A stretch of DNA of 64,000 nt from Elsinoe ampelina (Eukaryota): the NCBI GenBank assembly GCA_010093995.1, contig ML992513.1:124001-188000 (forward strand), given 5' to 3'. The notes below the pieces were generated by a model, which was not told the DNA's origin, searched no databases, and worked only from the letters and a program-made list of their open reading frames with translations. Below, in pieces: positions 45,501 to 56,581 of the stretch; the stretch's first letter is position 1, and the number at the start of each line of letters is the position of its first letter. A program made the translations under genes and the position numbers.

Positions 45501-46000
45501 CAGGTGAGAGCCGAGTCGGCAACTCTCGCACCAATCGCCTCAACGCCCGAGCAGTTGCCAAAATCTATGAGAGGCTTCTCACCAGCCACGATCCAACACA
45601 AGCTCCTTACGAGCCATGCGACATCGGTGTCTTGACTCCATATGGTGCTCAATGCATCAAACTCCGAGACGAGCTTCTCAGTGTCGCTTGCCGCTTGCGT
45701 CCCAAAGCCGCTCTCCCAGATCACGAGCAATACAAACGCAACGTTCGGGCATTGACGATCAACCTAGCACAAGGGCACGAATTCGACGTCGGCATCCTCG
45801 ATATGACGGTGAGTAAGCACCTAGGTTTCGTCCCGGATCCGCAGCGGTTGTGTGTCGCGACGACTCGTGCGAGGTTTGGATTGGTGATTGTTGCGGATTG
45901 GGATGCTGTCAAGATTGCGGCGTTGAACGACACTAGATACGATAGCTGTCAGAAGTTCAGGAAATTGATCATGCATATGGATAAGAATGCGGTGTTTTGA
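42503..46000 (+). pseudogene. Upf1/DNA2/NAM7-like SF1 helicase, paralog 2, with a single in-frame TGA at 44528-44530 (pseudogene or recoded gene)
   Basis: ORFs 42338-44530 and 44579-46000 share one frame. GPAGVGKT lies before the stop. VIDEAP, LAGDKCQ, LNVTYRF, LTPYGAQ, TINLAQGHEFD and RLCVATTRAR lie after it. Confidence 0.8.
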
Positions 46001-46496
46001 AAGGTGGGGTAGTGGAAGTGATTTTGTCTTCGGCGATATATGCTGGTCGAGGTGCGAGGCTGTGCAGGAGTGGAAATAGGGGATGGAAAGATCAGATTTG
46101 TGGTTGGTATGGATCTTGGGATGCTTGGGTAATGATATGATCGCAAATGCAGTTTCTCGTGAACAGATTTCACCAGAGGTAACATGATCAATGTCAGGGT
46201 GAGATATCGTCAACTTCTACGTGTACATTTCTGGCAATTGTATCTGATGGCTGTTTTTTGGTCACGGTCGCAAGCTGTTGTGGATTCTGCCGGAACCCAA
46301 GTCCACTCGATCGTGACCCATGTATACCTGTCAAGTTCTGATGTGTCCTTTGTACCGCCTTGACTCTCTGGCTTGTATGGTTTATTCCATCTTCCCGGTG
46401 TCCAGTCCCCTTGTCATCATTCCCGCCACGCAATTGCCCGGCTTGCGGCTTGCTCTGTAATCCCTTCACCTGCATCTTCTCCAGACCATGTATGCT

Positions 46497-49079
46497 CTAC
46501 CTCGTCTTCTTCAGCACATCCAACGAGGGCGTCGGCATCGGCACAGCTGTCGCGTTCTTGGGTTCACGTAGATAGTCCAGAACCTTGGTCAGAGATCTTG
46601 CGAACAACCTGCTTCTGGCTTTCGGCAGCAGAGTTTCGTCATCAGCGACCACCACCATACCGTATCTTGCTCTAGTTGTCGCCACGCAAATCCTCTTTGG
46701 GTCCGGGATAAATCCGAGTCGGTCGGTCGCAACGACGTCGAGAATGACAATGTCGTACTCCCTGCTCTGCATGTTGTCGATCGTGCTGACTTCGATCTCT
46801 GGAGTCGGTGCATCGGGGCTACGGTCGACGAAAGCTCGCAGCGCCAGGTCGTCCGTAACCTCCTTGAGTGCAGCGTGGTGCAGTTGGTTCTGGCGTGTGT
46901 AGGGACTGATGACGGCAATCTTCGAGATGTCTACGGAGCGACCGTCGTCGTTGAATGCAAGAAGCTTCCTCACAATGTTACATACGGTGTGGACGGCCAA
47001 GGTATTCGTCTGGGAGTCTGTGGACATGCCGTAGTCATATGCGCCTCTGATTTGGGCGAGGACCAAGGGCTTGATGTCGGATTTCCCAAATGCGTACTTC
47101 AGAGCCGCGTGGGATTTGTCGTTGTCAGGGTGCCCCTCAGTGGATGCCATTGAGATAAGACCATTGGGATAGTGGCAGGACGCCAACCCAGCCAGAGCGC
47201 TGTTGAAACGGAAGGTGCGTCTGAGAGTCTCAAATGTCCAGTCTAGGTTGATCATGCGTTCCAAGAGAGATAACCTGTAAAGCGCGATGTGAGGTTGCTT
47301 CTCCTGGTAGCGGTGGACGAGCGGACCCAGCTGAGCTATGTCGCCACCTAGGATGAGATGCTCGACCGAGGGATAGCAGCCCAAGATGGCCATGACATAT
47401 GCCTCCGGGAGTCTACCGGCTTCGTCCACAATGCAGACTCGGGGTGTGATTGCGTTGAACATTGTCTCTGACATTGCGTGTACGGCCGTCGTGCAGACTG
47501 CGTCAGCATGGCGCAGTACAAAATTACGAAGTTCGCATGTGAGGTCCATGAGTTGGTCACTCTCCGCCTCATCCAAGACCTGACCTTTGGCGAGTAACTG
47601 TCGAGATTTGACAGACAATTCGTTAAAGCGGTTCCAGCGACTTCTGTCTTGCCCCTCGTATGCTGAGCTACGAAGCAAACGTATGACAGCATCATCCTCC
47701 TTCATGGCGTCAGATAATTCACCGCCAGCTATAACGTACATGGCGAAACCTAGGGAGTATGGGTAGATCGCGGGAGTGACCCTATTATCTGCAATTGGGC
47801 GAGAGTCGTAGGACTTATTGCTTGCATCCGTCCAGTGGCCGTGGAAGGACCGCATACCGGAGCTCATGAGTTGTGCCACTTTGTGAAATTCTCGAAGGTC
47901 GGGGATAGCTTCGACGAATGACTCCCTCATCTTGGCTGTGTTGATTCCCATACTTTCTTCTCCTTCGACGGTGCCGAACATGTTGTTCTTGTGTTCAGAC
48001 TGTCTTGGAAACACTCTCAAAACTAGAGGGTTTTTCTTGACTTTCAAGAATCGACGATGGAAGTGCAGGCACATCTGATCGGCCCCAACATTGCTTTCGC
48101 ATACTGCCAGAATCTCACATCCGAGACGTTCTTTCTCGTTGGCATCTGAAAGTTCGGGATTGTTCGCCAATGCTTGAGAAGTGCATGCACCGGTTGCCAG
48201 CGTCTTTCCAGCAAAAGGCGAAACAACTGCAGCAAGAGTAGATGTTTTACCAGTACCAGCTGGGCCCTGCAAGCCACTGACACCTTCGGTCGCCGAACGT
48301 TGCTTTTGCATAAAGCTCTGCTGATATGTGTCGAGACCTTCTTCTGCGATCAAAATGTATTCACTCGGAATTCCATCATAAAGATCAGCGCTGGTGACTT
48401 CGTCACCATCAAGGCTCTCCATCAATGCGTACACTGCTCGACTGGCGGCTTTGCGCTTGATGCCGAGTTTGAGGCTCTCCAGACCGTGTGTGAGCCGCAT
48501 ACGTACTGTTGCGTCCGGAACAGTCTTGATGTCGACCTTGAAGCCGTTGTTGGAGTTCTTCATGTATGCCTCCATCGCTTCGGTGTCCTTGATCTGCTCA
48601 TCCGTCCGTAGATGTGCGAATGCTCCGGTGCTGAATGGGTTGTAAGGTATTTCAATCACCTCACGCTCACCTCCCCGGCGTGAGTGATGTGAGGTTGGGA
48701 GACGCTTTTCCTTCTTGTTCGGACCTTTGATATCGATGCAGACATGCCCACTCGCGGCCTTGGCGTACGGTCGTACCACTCTGCCGATCCAAATTTTGTC
48801 GAAGGTTGCCGGATCCTCTCTTGCCAGCTGAGCGGTACGCCAAAATCGAATTTCGACCTTGTCTCCGACTTGCAGGGCATTCGGCTCCCGTAGAATGGCA
48901 TGGAACCCTGTATCCTTGGCTTGATTCTTCTTGAGTCGGTACATGAAGAGACTTCTGTTTTTCAAGTGCCTCTCCTGTTCTATTTCCTCCAATCGGCACA
49001 GGCGGATGGCGACATCGCCACGGGTTTCAAACCAGTTTGCTTGTGTGAATTCGCTACTGCTATCGGAGGTCGCGGACAT
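46497..49079 (-). CDS. Upf1/DNA2/NAM7-like SF1 helicase, paralog 3
   Basis: Motifs GPAGTGKT, IVDEAG, LGGDIAQL, LRRTFRF, ISPYTRQ, TIDNMQSREYD and RICVATTRAR. 860 aa, intronless. Confidence 0.9.
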   Translation of the reverse strand: MSATSDSSSEFTQANWFETRGDVAIRLCRLEEIEQERHLKNRSLFMYRLKKNQAKDTGFHAILREPNALQVGDKVEIRFWRTAQLAREDPATFDKIWIGRVVRPYAKAASGHVCIDIKGPNKKEKRLPTSHHSRRGGEREVIEIPYNPFSTGAFAHLRTDEQIKDTEAMEAYMKNSNNGFKVDIKTVPDATVRMRLTHGLESLKLGIKRKAASRAVYALMESLDGDEVTSADLYDGIPSEYILIAEEGLDTYQQSFMQKQRSATEGVSGLQGPAGTGKTSTLAAVVSPFAGKTLATGACTSQALANNPELSDANEKERLGCEILAVCESNVGADQMCLHFHRRFLKVKKNPLVLRVFPRQSEHKNNMFGTVEGEESMGINTAKMRESFVEAIPDLREFHKVAQLMSSGMRSFHGHWTDASNKSYDSRPIADNRVTPAIYPYSLGFAMYVIAGGELSDAMKEDDAVIRLLRSSAYEGQDRSRWNRFNELSVKSRQLLAKGQVLDEAESDQLMDLTCELRNFVLRHADAVCTTAVHAMSETMFNAITPRVCIVDEAGRLPEAYVMAILGCYPSVEHLILGGDIAQLGPLVHRYQEKQPHIALYRLSLLERMINLDWTFETLRRTFRFNSALAGLASCHYPNGLISMASTEGHPDNDKSHAALKYAFGKSDIKPLVLAQIRGAYDYGMSTDSQTNTLAVHTVCNIVRKLLAFNDDGRSVDISKIAVISPYTRQNQLHHAALKEVTDDLALRAFVDRSPDAPTPEIEVSTIDNMQSREYDIVILDVVATDRLGFIPDPKRICVATTRARYGMVVVADDETLLPKARSRLFARSLTKVLDYLREPKNATAVPMPTPSLDVLKKTR

Positions 49080-49480
49080 GGCTGCTAGATGACTACTGTG
49101 TTCTCCCTCAATTCAATATGGAATCGAGGCTGTCAGTCGAGCTGGTCGGTTGATGAGTGTGGAGGTTGGGGTGGCCGAGCTGATGACGCCGTCGATTGCA
49201 GGAATAGGAGGGACTGGCCTGCGCTGAGTTAGCCGGTGCGGTAAATCATGGTAAGAGCTTTACGAAACCTTCTGTTATGCCTGTTGAGGGTGGGACCTGG
49301 TGAAAGTGGACTTAGCGGGATATATCCTGCGATCGTGAGTCGCTTTGTACATACCGGCGTAATATGTTGTATGCATACGAGATTTTTCGTCTTCTGATCA
49401 GCCGTGCGGTAGGAGTGAGAAGTGCCGTGAATATCGTGTGCCTTGTGCGAGCAACCTTCCTGAAGGTGAAGGTCCAAAAC

Positions 49481-49565
49481 GAGTGAAGATTCAAAATGAG
49501 TAAAGATTCAAAATGAGTGAAGATTCAAAATGAGTGAAGATTCAAAATGAGTGAAGATTCAAAAC
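49481..49565. repeat. 17-bp minisatellite GAGTGAAGATTCAAAAT x5
   Basis: Copies start at 49481, 49498 (one mismatch), 49515, 49532 and 49549, with a degenerate copy at 49464. Confidence 0.95.
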
Positions 49566-50484
49566 AAGACTGATGGAATCGTACCATGTGAAAGTAAAGG
49601 TGTCGCAGTCCTTTCACATATCATCGAAACCAGAAGGCGAAGATTCCGCCCCTATATTGTGCCTCTTCAGAAAGAAACGTTCACCTCACCTCGTTCAAGG
49701 ATTCGCATCACGGACAAATCACCGTCATCGCAGATATAAACTAAGATGTTGAAAATGCCGTCGTTATTCGAAACCAGAAAGACCAGTCGTTGCCACTATT
49801 GACCAGCCTCGAAGCCGCGCGCTCAGCAGAACCAGCATGCCGCATCATCACCAGCGCATTGAATGACCCTACTCGCATACTACCGCCTCACTCCGCCTCG
49901 ACGCCAGCCATAGACCATCGATCCAGCCAAATATATGCCTCCCCGATTCGGCCAATAGACTCTCGATGCCCCGCTAATGATCATACCAGACCTCTCAGAT
50001 GAGGACAGCCATGTATCTCACACGCAGCCTCCACCATTTCTAGACCGACCCTACGGCGCAATGTCGTACAGATGTCGGACATAGCACCGGGCATCTCATC
50101 AAAGAGGCAGTCAGAAAGAGATCCGGCATCTGCGTTCGGCGAAACTGGTGGTAAGCAGCGAGAGTGCTACTGCTGGTGACAAGAACAGAGCATTGCATTG
50201 GCAGGTTTAAGATACGATAACTTGTGCTTGTACTAAGTAAGTGGCAACAAGGTTGTGTCGATGTTGGAAGCAATGCGTGGCAAGCAAAAGCTTCGATGGG
50301 ACGTTGGATACGCCAAGGAATCGCTGCGAAGGTCACGTGCGCACCCTTCAAGCACTGATTTTGACAGCCAATGCTCCAGTCGGGCGACAAAGGCGAAGTC
50401 ATTGCTACAATGAAAATTTTCAGTTGTCTGAATCGTTCTTCATGAGTATTACATGTCTTTTTGAGATGGACCATTTGTCTCGTG

Positions 50485-52426
50485 TCATCGCCCGGCAACC
50501 ATTTCCTGGCCCTTTCCGACCAATTCCTTCGCCCTTCTCAGCTCAGACCGCGTGATCCCCAAAGCATCTACGTATTCCCCGAATGTCATGATGATACCCT
50601 CGAGCCCTTCTTTGAGGGTGGAGAGAAGTTCGTAAACTTCCGGTGCTCTTCTCTCCTTGAACTCTACGTCCGTCCAGTGTGGAGGATATGACTGGATGAG
50701 AGTCTGTATGTCTTGTATCGCAGCCACGATAGCCCTCATGATCTTTCCGATGTCATGTTGGACCTGTCCAAAGTTGTCTTCCTTCAAGCTGCTCACTGTG
50801 AGTTTGCACAATGCATTCGTAGCGTTGTGAATGTTGGAGGCCCGGCTGTGAGGATGGCCGAAGACAATGGCATTCATGCGAGAAGGAAACATGATCCGGA
50901 ATGGGCCTCCAAGTGGCGTACGGAGAAAGTCGATTGCGTAGCTTTGGACCGATTTCGTAATGCTGTTGTAAGCAGAATTATCTGCCTGAGTTTCTGATGC
51001 GATGAAAGATTTGGCCTTGTTTGTCAATGGACTGGACCCCGGTTGTTGGCCCAAGGACTTGGCCACTGCGCCGACACCACTGGCTATCCGCTCTGTTGCA
51101 GAATTGGGATTAGGCGAAGCATTGAAGATGTTCGGATCATCCTTCAGCGGTTGCGAGATGCGCGACCTTGGCTCAGCAACCGGCGCTGGCTGTGGTGCAG
51201 CTGAAGGTAACAGAGCCGTCTGCGCATCCTGCACTGATTTCGATACACCTTGAATCTCAATCAGGCATATCGAGACAATGTCAGCCCACGTTGTAGAACC
51301 CGGCTTTTCAAAGTCGTTGTATATCGTTCTTCGTCGATCTTCGAATCTTTCCGCTATCAAAGATAATTCCCACAGAGCAATGCTATGCGGTAAAGACCGT
51401 CTTGATTTCAAGCCATTGATCAAGCTAGCATTCGGGTCCTTGGAGTCGTTCGTGAGCGGTGAGCCCTTTTTCAAGGGTTCTTGGAGGGCATATATGGTGA
51501 ATGCCAGATTAGTTGTTTGCCAAAGAATGACCAGTAGTGTCCCGGAGAAGATGAATCGTGAGAAAAGGGAGAAGGGATCCGCCAGTCCTGTGGGTCCGCT
51601 GGTCTTGTGAAGCTTGAAGAAAACTTTGCCAATGCTGTAGGAGACGTTCCAAGCTGTGCGCCTTAACAGAAGGTAGTAGATCGCTGTACCCCATACAGAT
51701 GTCACAAAGGTGTTGACGAGTGCACTCCGGAGTATTCTGATCGCATGGCTCTGTAGCTGCGCAACGTTGGCCGTCTGGGGAGTTGGCTGAGTCGTAGTCC
51801 TCCTATCTCCCACCCTCCGAGGAATGTCGAGGGCATCATAATCCCAAGCCAGATGCAGTGTTGCTTGCTCCAATGCCAGCAGGGAGAACATCGTGCGAAG
51901 CATGACCGCTCTCTCATTCAAGCGCATGCGCTCATATGACCTTCCTGGGTCGATCCATGCCAGATTGGCCGACTCGGCGGTACTGAAGATGTAGATCTCT
52001 GAGAACAAAAACCCGGACGTCCAATACCAGACCACCGTCCATATCGCTCTCTTACTGACGAACAGTCGCCAGAACGTCTCGGCAGCTGATCGATCGGTGG
52101 CAGTACCCGGATGAAGGAAGGCTACGCGCAGGACGAAGATGGTGAGGCAGGAGATGAAGAGCAAACCGGTCCGAAGACCTGTCCAGCCAAAGGGGAACCA
52201 GGACCATAATACTGAACTCGTTAGCAAAAAGTGATACGGCTGCGAAGGAAAACCCACGGCTAGGCTTTGCCAGCAGTATGGCTTCTACCCAACACAAAGC
52301 AAGTCCAATGAGCGCCGCGTTGGTGAAACATCTATGTAATGCCGGAGTGAGAAAGTCTTTGTATGGTCGCGCCCGAGGTGCCGTCTTCAAATTGGGCGCG
52401 ACGACGGCGCTCTTTGAAGCGGACAT
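50485..52426 (-). CDS. NDC1: Nucleoporin / spindle pole body membrane protein Ndc1, 2 exons
   Basis: ARPYKDFLTPALHRCF, RMRLNER, several transmembrane helices, PLKKGSPLTNDSKDPNASLINGLK and SLKEDNFGQVQHDI. Confidence 0.88.
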
Positions 52427-52784
52427 CTCGTGTCAGATAGCAGCACCGCTATGAAGGGGTATGTTGGTTGGACATGGTTGTCGTGCGACCCGCTGTGAAT
52501 AAATTTGGAGACAAGTAAACAGCTCCGAGGAAAGCTCGCTTCCCAAAAAGGAAATGTGAATCGCAGGCTCACGTGGCCGGCAACTCCCGACGTCATTCCA
52601 AGGCCTCCGCACGTGAGGCGGGCTCGTTGAGAAGAACTCTACATCCACTCTACCGATTCCCAGAACGCAGCATTGTACGATCTGAAGTCCGAGTTATCAC
52701 ATTCGGACAGCGACAATTAAAGGAGTACATAGCTCCGACCGCGATAGAGCGCTCCACGTGAGGCGCGACGGATATCAGGTCGCC

Positions 52785-53703
52785 ATGTCTTTCAACGACG
52801 CCGACAGGCTAGAGTGTACGTAGATCGGCAGGATCAAGGCTGGCAGAAATAGCAAATGTTGACTGTATACAAGCGCAACCCTCTGGATGGCGAGGAAACG
52901 ATGACAACTATGCGGACGACCCCGAATTCGAGCGCTTCACGACCCAGCTGTCAGACAAGCTCTTCAGCCTCACATCAAACATATCGAACCTGTCCAACCA
53001 GATCGCCAAGCTCGGGACGAAACGAGAGACTGAACGCGTCCGGGAAAGGGTCCAAGACTTGTTGGAAGAGACGTCGAATGGGTTCAAGGGGGTGGGAGAG
53101 GGATTGAAGAAGGTGCAGGCATGGCAGGATCTGGGGGTATGTTGCATACCAAAGGCACGGTAAAGGGGTACTGACGACCGGCAGCCATCACAACGTTACA
53201 CGCAAGGCAAACTCAACCAAGAATTCAAGGCTTCCTTGTCTGAATTCCAGGTCCTGCAGCGACGAGCAATCGAGCAACAACGCAAATCGGCCACGGCAGC
53301 GAGAGCTGCTCTGGAGGATTCTGATGCGCAAGGAGGCGAAGGCGGACAACAGCAGCAACAACTTCAGGAGCAGGAGCAATTGCGGCTCGCCGACCAGAGC
53401 GAAGTTGACTTTCAAGAATCATTGATCATTGAGCGCGAATCGGAAATCCGGAACATCGAACAGTCCGTGGGCGAGCTGAATGAGCTTTTCCGAGATGTGG
53501 CGCACATGGTGCATGAACAAGGACAATCCCTCGACATGATCGCGGATAACGTGACCAACGTCAGGGACGACACAAGAGGAGCGGACCAGCAACTGCGGAC
53601 TGCGAGCCGACATCAAAAGAACGCACGGAACAAGATGTGCTGTCTCCTCCTCATCCTCGCGGTTATACTTGTCGTTGTAATTCTAGCGGCCGTACTGGGA
53701 TGA
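52785..53703 (+). CDS. PEP12: Endosomal/vacuolar Qa-SNARE syntaxin (Pep12/Vam3-like), 3 exons
   Basis: YADDPEFERFTTQLSDKLFSLTSN, LGTKRETERVRERV, the SNARE motif IIERESEIRNIEQSVGELNELFRDVAHMVHEQG and a C-terminal transmembrane helix. Confidence 0.88.
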
Positions 53704-56581
53704 ATTGGTAATTACATAATACCCCTTGAACTATTCACTCCGTTTCTCAACCCCCTTCTCTTCCAGATCGTTGAGTACATTTGGGTTCGTTCATATGCCG
53801 ACCCGGTCTCTCTCTCTGTATAGGCGGAACTACAACGAGGAATGGCGTTCCCAATGCCTATAGAACTGATGACCTCGCAACCGCCCGGAGAGGCCGAAAG
53901 GTCTGGCCTTACAAGAAACGCCATATATAGCACTACCCACCGTTGAACGCCATCATCCTCACCGTCGTGCCACAGGAAATATGACTGTACGGACGAGAGG
54001 CTCCTCCCATCGGGCGTTGTCACCCTGTCGGGCGAAAGCAGCCTAAAAGCGCTCTCTCTCGTGGTAGCCACGTGGCGGGCTCCAGACCGGCAACGGTCCC
54101 ACCGCTCCTCCCAATGGAACCCGAACGGCTCGTTGGTCGCTTGGTCTTGCAGGCAGGCCACTCTACTCGTCACAGTCCATCCATATCCCCCCTAGCTTCG
54201 CATCCACGCGACAAGCCACAAGCGGGCGAGACGGGACAGCAGCAGTCGTTCTCATCACGCAACGAGCAGACGAGCGACGAAACGTCCCGGCTTTCGGCGT
54301 CACTTTGGGCTCAGCCGGACTCCGAAGCGTGCACCAACGCATGTTTTCGGCGTCACCTCGCGCGAGAGGAGGTATTCCATCCCACGCTTGTCACAGAGCA
54401 GAAACAGGGCCGGATAATGGCCGACCGCACATATCGATTTCAATTGCCGCCGACACTAAAACGGAGCATGCTGTGTTGGGGTAAGCCAGGCTGGAAGTGT
54501 AAGCAACGGAAAGCGTCCGCGGCATGATTGCGTTTGCTGGTCGAAGGAGATCGCTGCCCCACTCTGGCTGCCACGTGTTGGGCAAAGGGCATGGCAAGCC
54601 CACTCTTTTTGCGCTGCCTCACCCTTCCGAGCGGTCCGTTGGTGCTTTTTTCTTGCAAGGTAGCACCACGCGAGCAGGGCCGCCCGGACGAGATGGCAAG
54701 GGGTTCAGGTTCGCGCGTGGTGTTCGGCATTCCTGCCCTGTCTGCACCCTTGCGGGACCCACTGCGTCCAGCGATACGAGGACGGGAACGATGCTACACG
54801 TCAGTTCCTCCATTCTTCAGGACTGCTGGCTGGCCGCACGCGGAATGTGTTGAGATTTGATGAAAAAAGCGTGGCGTCCGCGGAGCAGCCATGTGCGGCC
54901 ATCTGCATGAGTAAATTGCAGTTCAGCTCCTTCGCTGTTTGAGGGGAGGAGGGTGGCTTGGTTGACAGCGCATTCCTCGTCGCGCAGAAGGTTGTTCGTC
55001 ATCTCGCACGGCCAAGACGATGATCTTCCAGACTTTCGGTACTTGGATTGTCAATCAACCCTTCGGATGACATGGAACGCATATAATTCGGAGTGGCACG
55101 GAAATATTCACTAAAGGTAACTTGTCTCGCAACCAGGCTTTGTGCACTTTTTTGTTCCAGCGAGCTACTTCGGATAGGGAAGCTCAGGAATAAGCGAGTC
55201 AGGGCTGATGTTGTGCATGTCGACATGATACAAGAGGCTGCGAAGCTTGAATTGGTGGCTTTTGGCTCGTGATGTCAAGTTGGGAGATAGACTCTCGCCA
55301 TTCCTTCTCGGACCTGGTGTGAAGCCCAACCGAGGTTGTCCAATGACCCTTGCATGAAGTTTCAGGCTGCAGAGGTTGATGGGAAATGACTGTAGAGGCC
55401 TGCAAGGGCTCATTCTTGCATGCATCAGGCCGAGGATGCCCATGGCATTCACGTTACGACGAAGATGAAACCAGCAATTTCCATACGCGCAGGGCAGAAT
55501 TTCGCGTCTTGGAAACAGCAAGGCGCAACACGGACCATTTTCTAGAACACTGTCAAATTTCTACGGACCACGGAGAGAAGCAATTTCCAGCAACATGACC
55601 GTAAATGGTCAATGCGGCGACTGTAAGTGTAACCACATGCCGCACGAAGAGTTGTCGGGCTGACGAGCGACGGGGAACGTTTCAACGTCAGGGCAGATAC
55701 CTGGGAGACGCGAGACAAAGGGACGACATCCAGGAACAGCTCATTCAATTGAAGTTAAGCATCAGTGAAGAAATAACGGGAACCGACCACGTTGGGCTAT
55801 TCGGGAAAGTGAGCTATGTAACGACAGCGCGAACAGCAAAAGTCAAAAGTGGCATCAGCATACCTTGGTAGGACATGTTTGGTCGGCTGCATTTCCCACT
55901 CGTACCAAAGGATGAGGGGCGGCTAGAGCACGATGCCATGTGGACCGGCAGGATTTTGATTGAGTTTCTGACCGCGTGGGCAGGGATACTGTAGGTAGCA
56001 GTGGACCAGACATCGGATCGGGGCTGATGGACAAGGATGCAGCGAACCCGGGGGCTGCCACGCGAGCGTATCCACGCTACCACGCTACTGTACCGCAGCT
56101 CACAGGGACGATCTGTACTTTTGTAACTACAGTAAAGTGAGAAGAAAGAACAAAGAGGTTGCTTTGGGTCCACCTAAAGGCGGCGGCAAAGGCCTCCTTT
56201 GAGCATCATCGAGCAGATCGACTCATGGCCGATGCGACTGATCGCCTTCTTTGATGCCTCTGCATGATCTTCCCTCGCACTTGACACATCCGGCGACCCT
56301 TGGCGTCGTGGTGCACGCGGTGTGGTCTTAGCTGATCAGACAGAGTTAGCTCGCCTCCCTGGGATCCTCGTCTGGTGGTACTCTGCCGTTACCGTTTTGC
56401 GGTCAAGCACCGGCGCCATCCTAGCACGACCATGAGCAGACAGCCTGTCTGAGCCTGTCTGACGCTGCTCTCTTTGCTGGTTCTGGTCGCCCATCTGACC
56501 AATTATTGACATGCACGCGCGGAGAGGGGGAAATTCCTTTTTGTAGCCTCCCGTCCGCTCACTCCCTCTTTTGTAGAAACC

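Noticed and set aside
37930..49079. Helitron or viral helicases; canonical UPF1/SEN1/DNA2
   Set aside because: The motifs are Upf1-like rather than Pif1-like. No HUH Rep, RdRP or capsid is nearby, and the Upf1 CH, Sen1 N-terminal and Dna2 nuclease domains were not seen.
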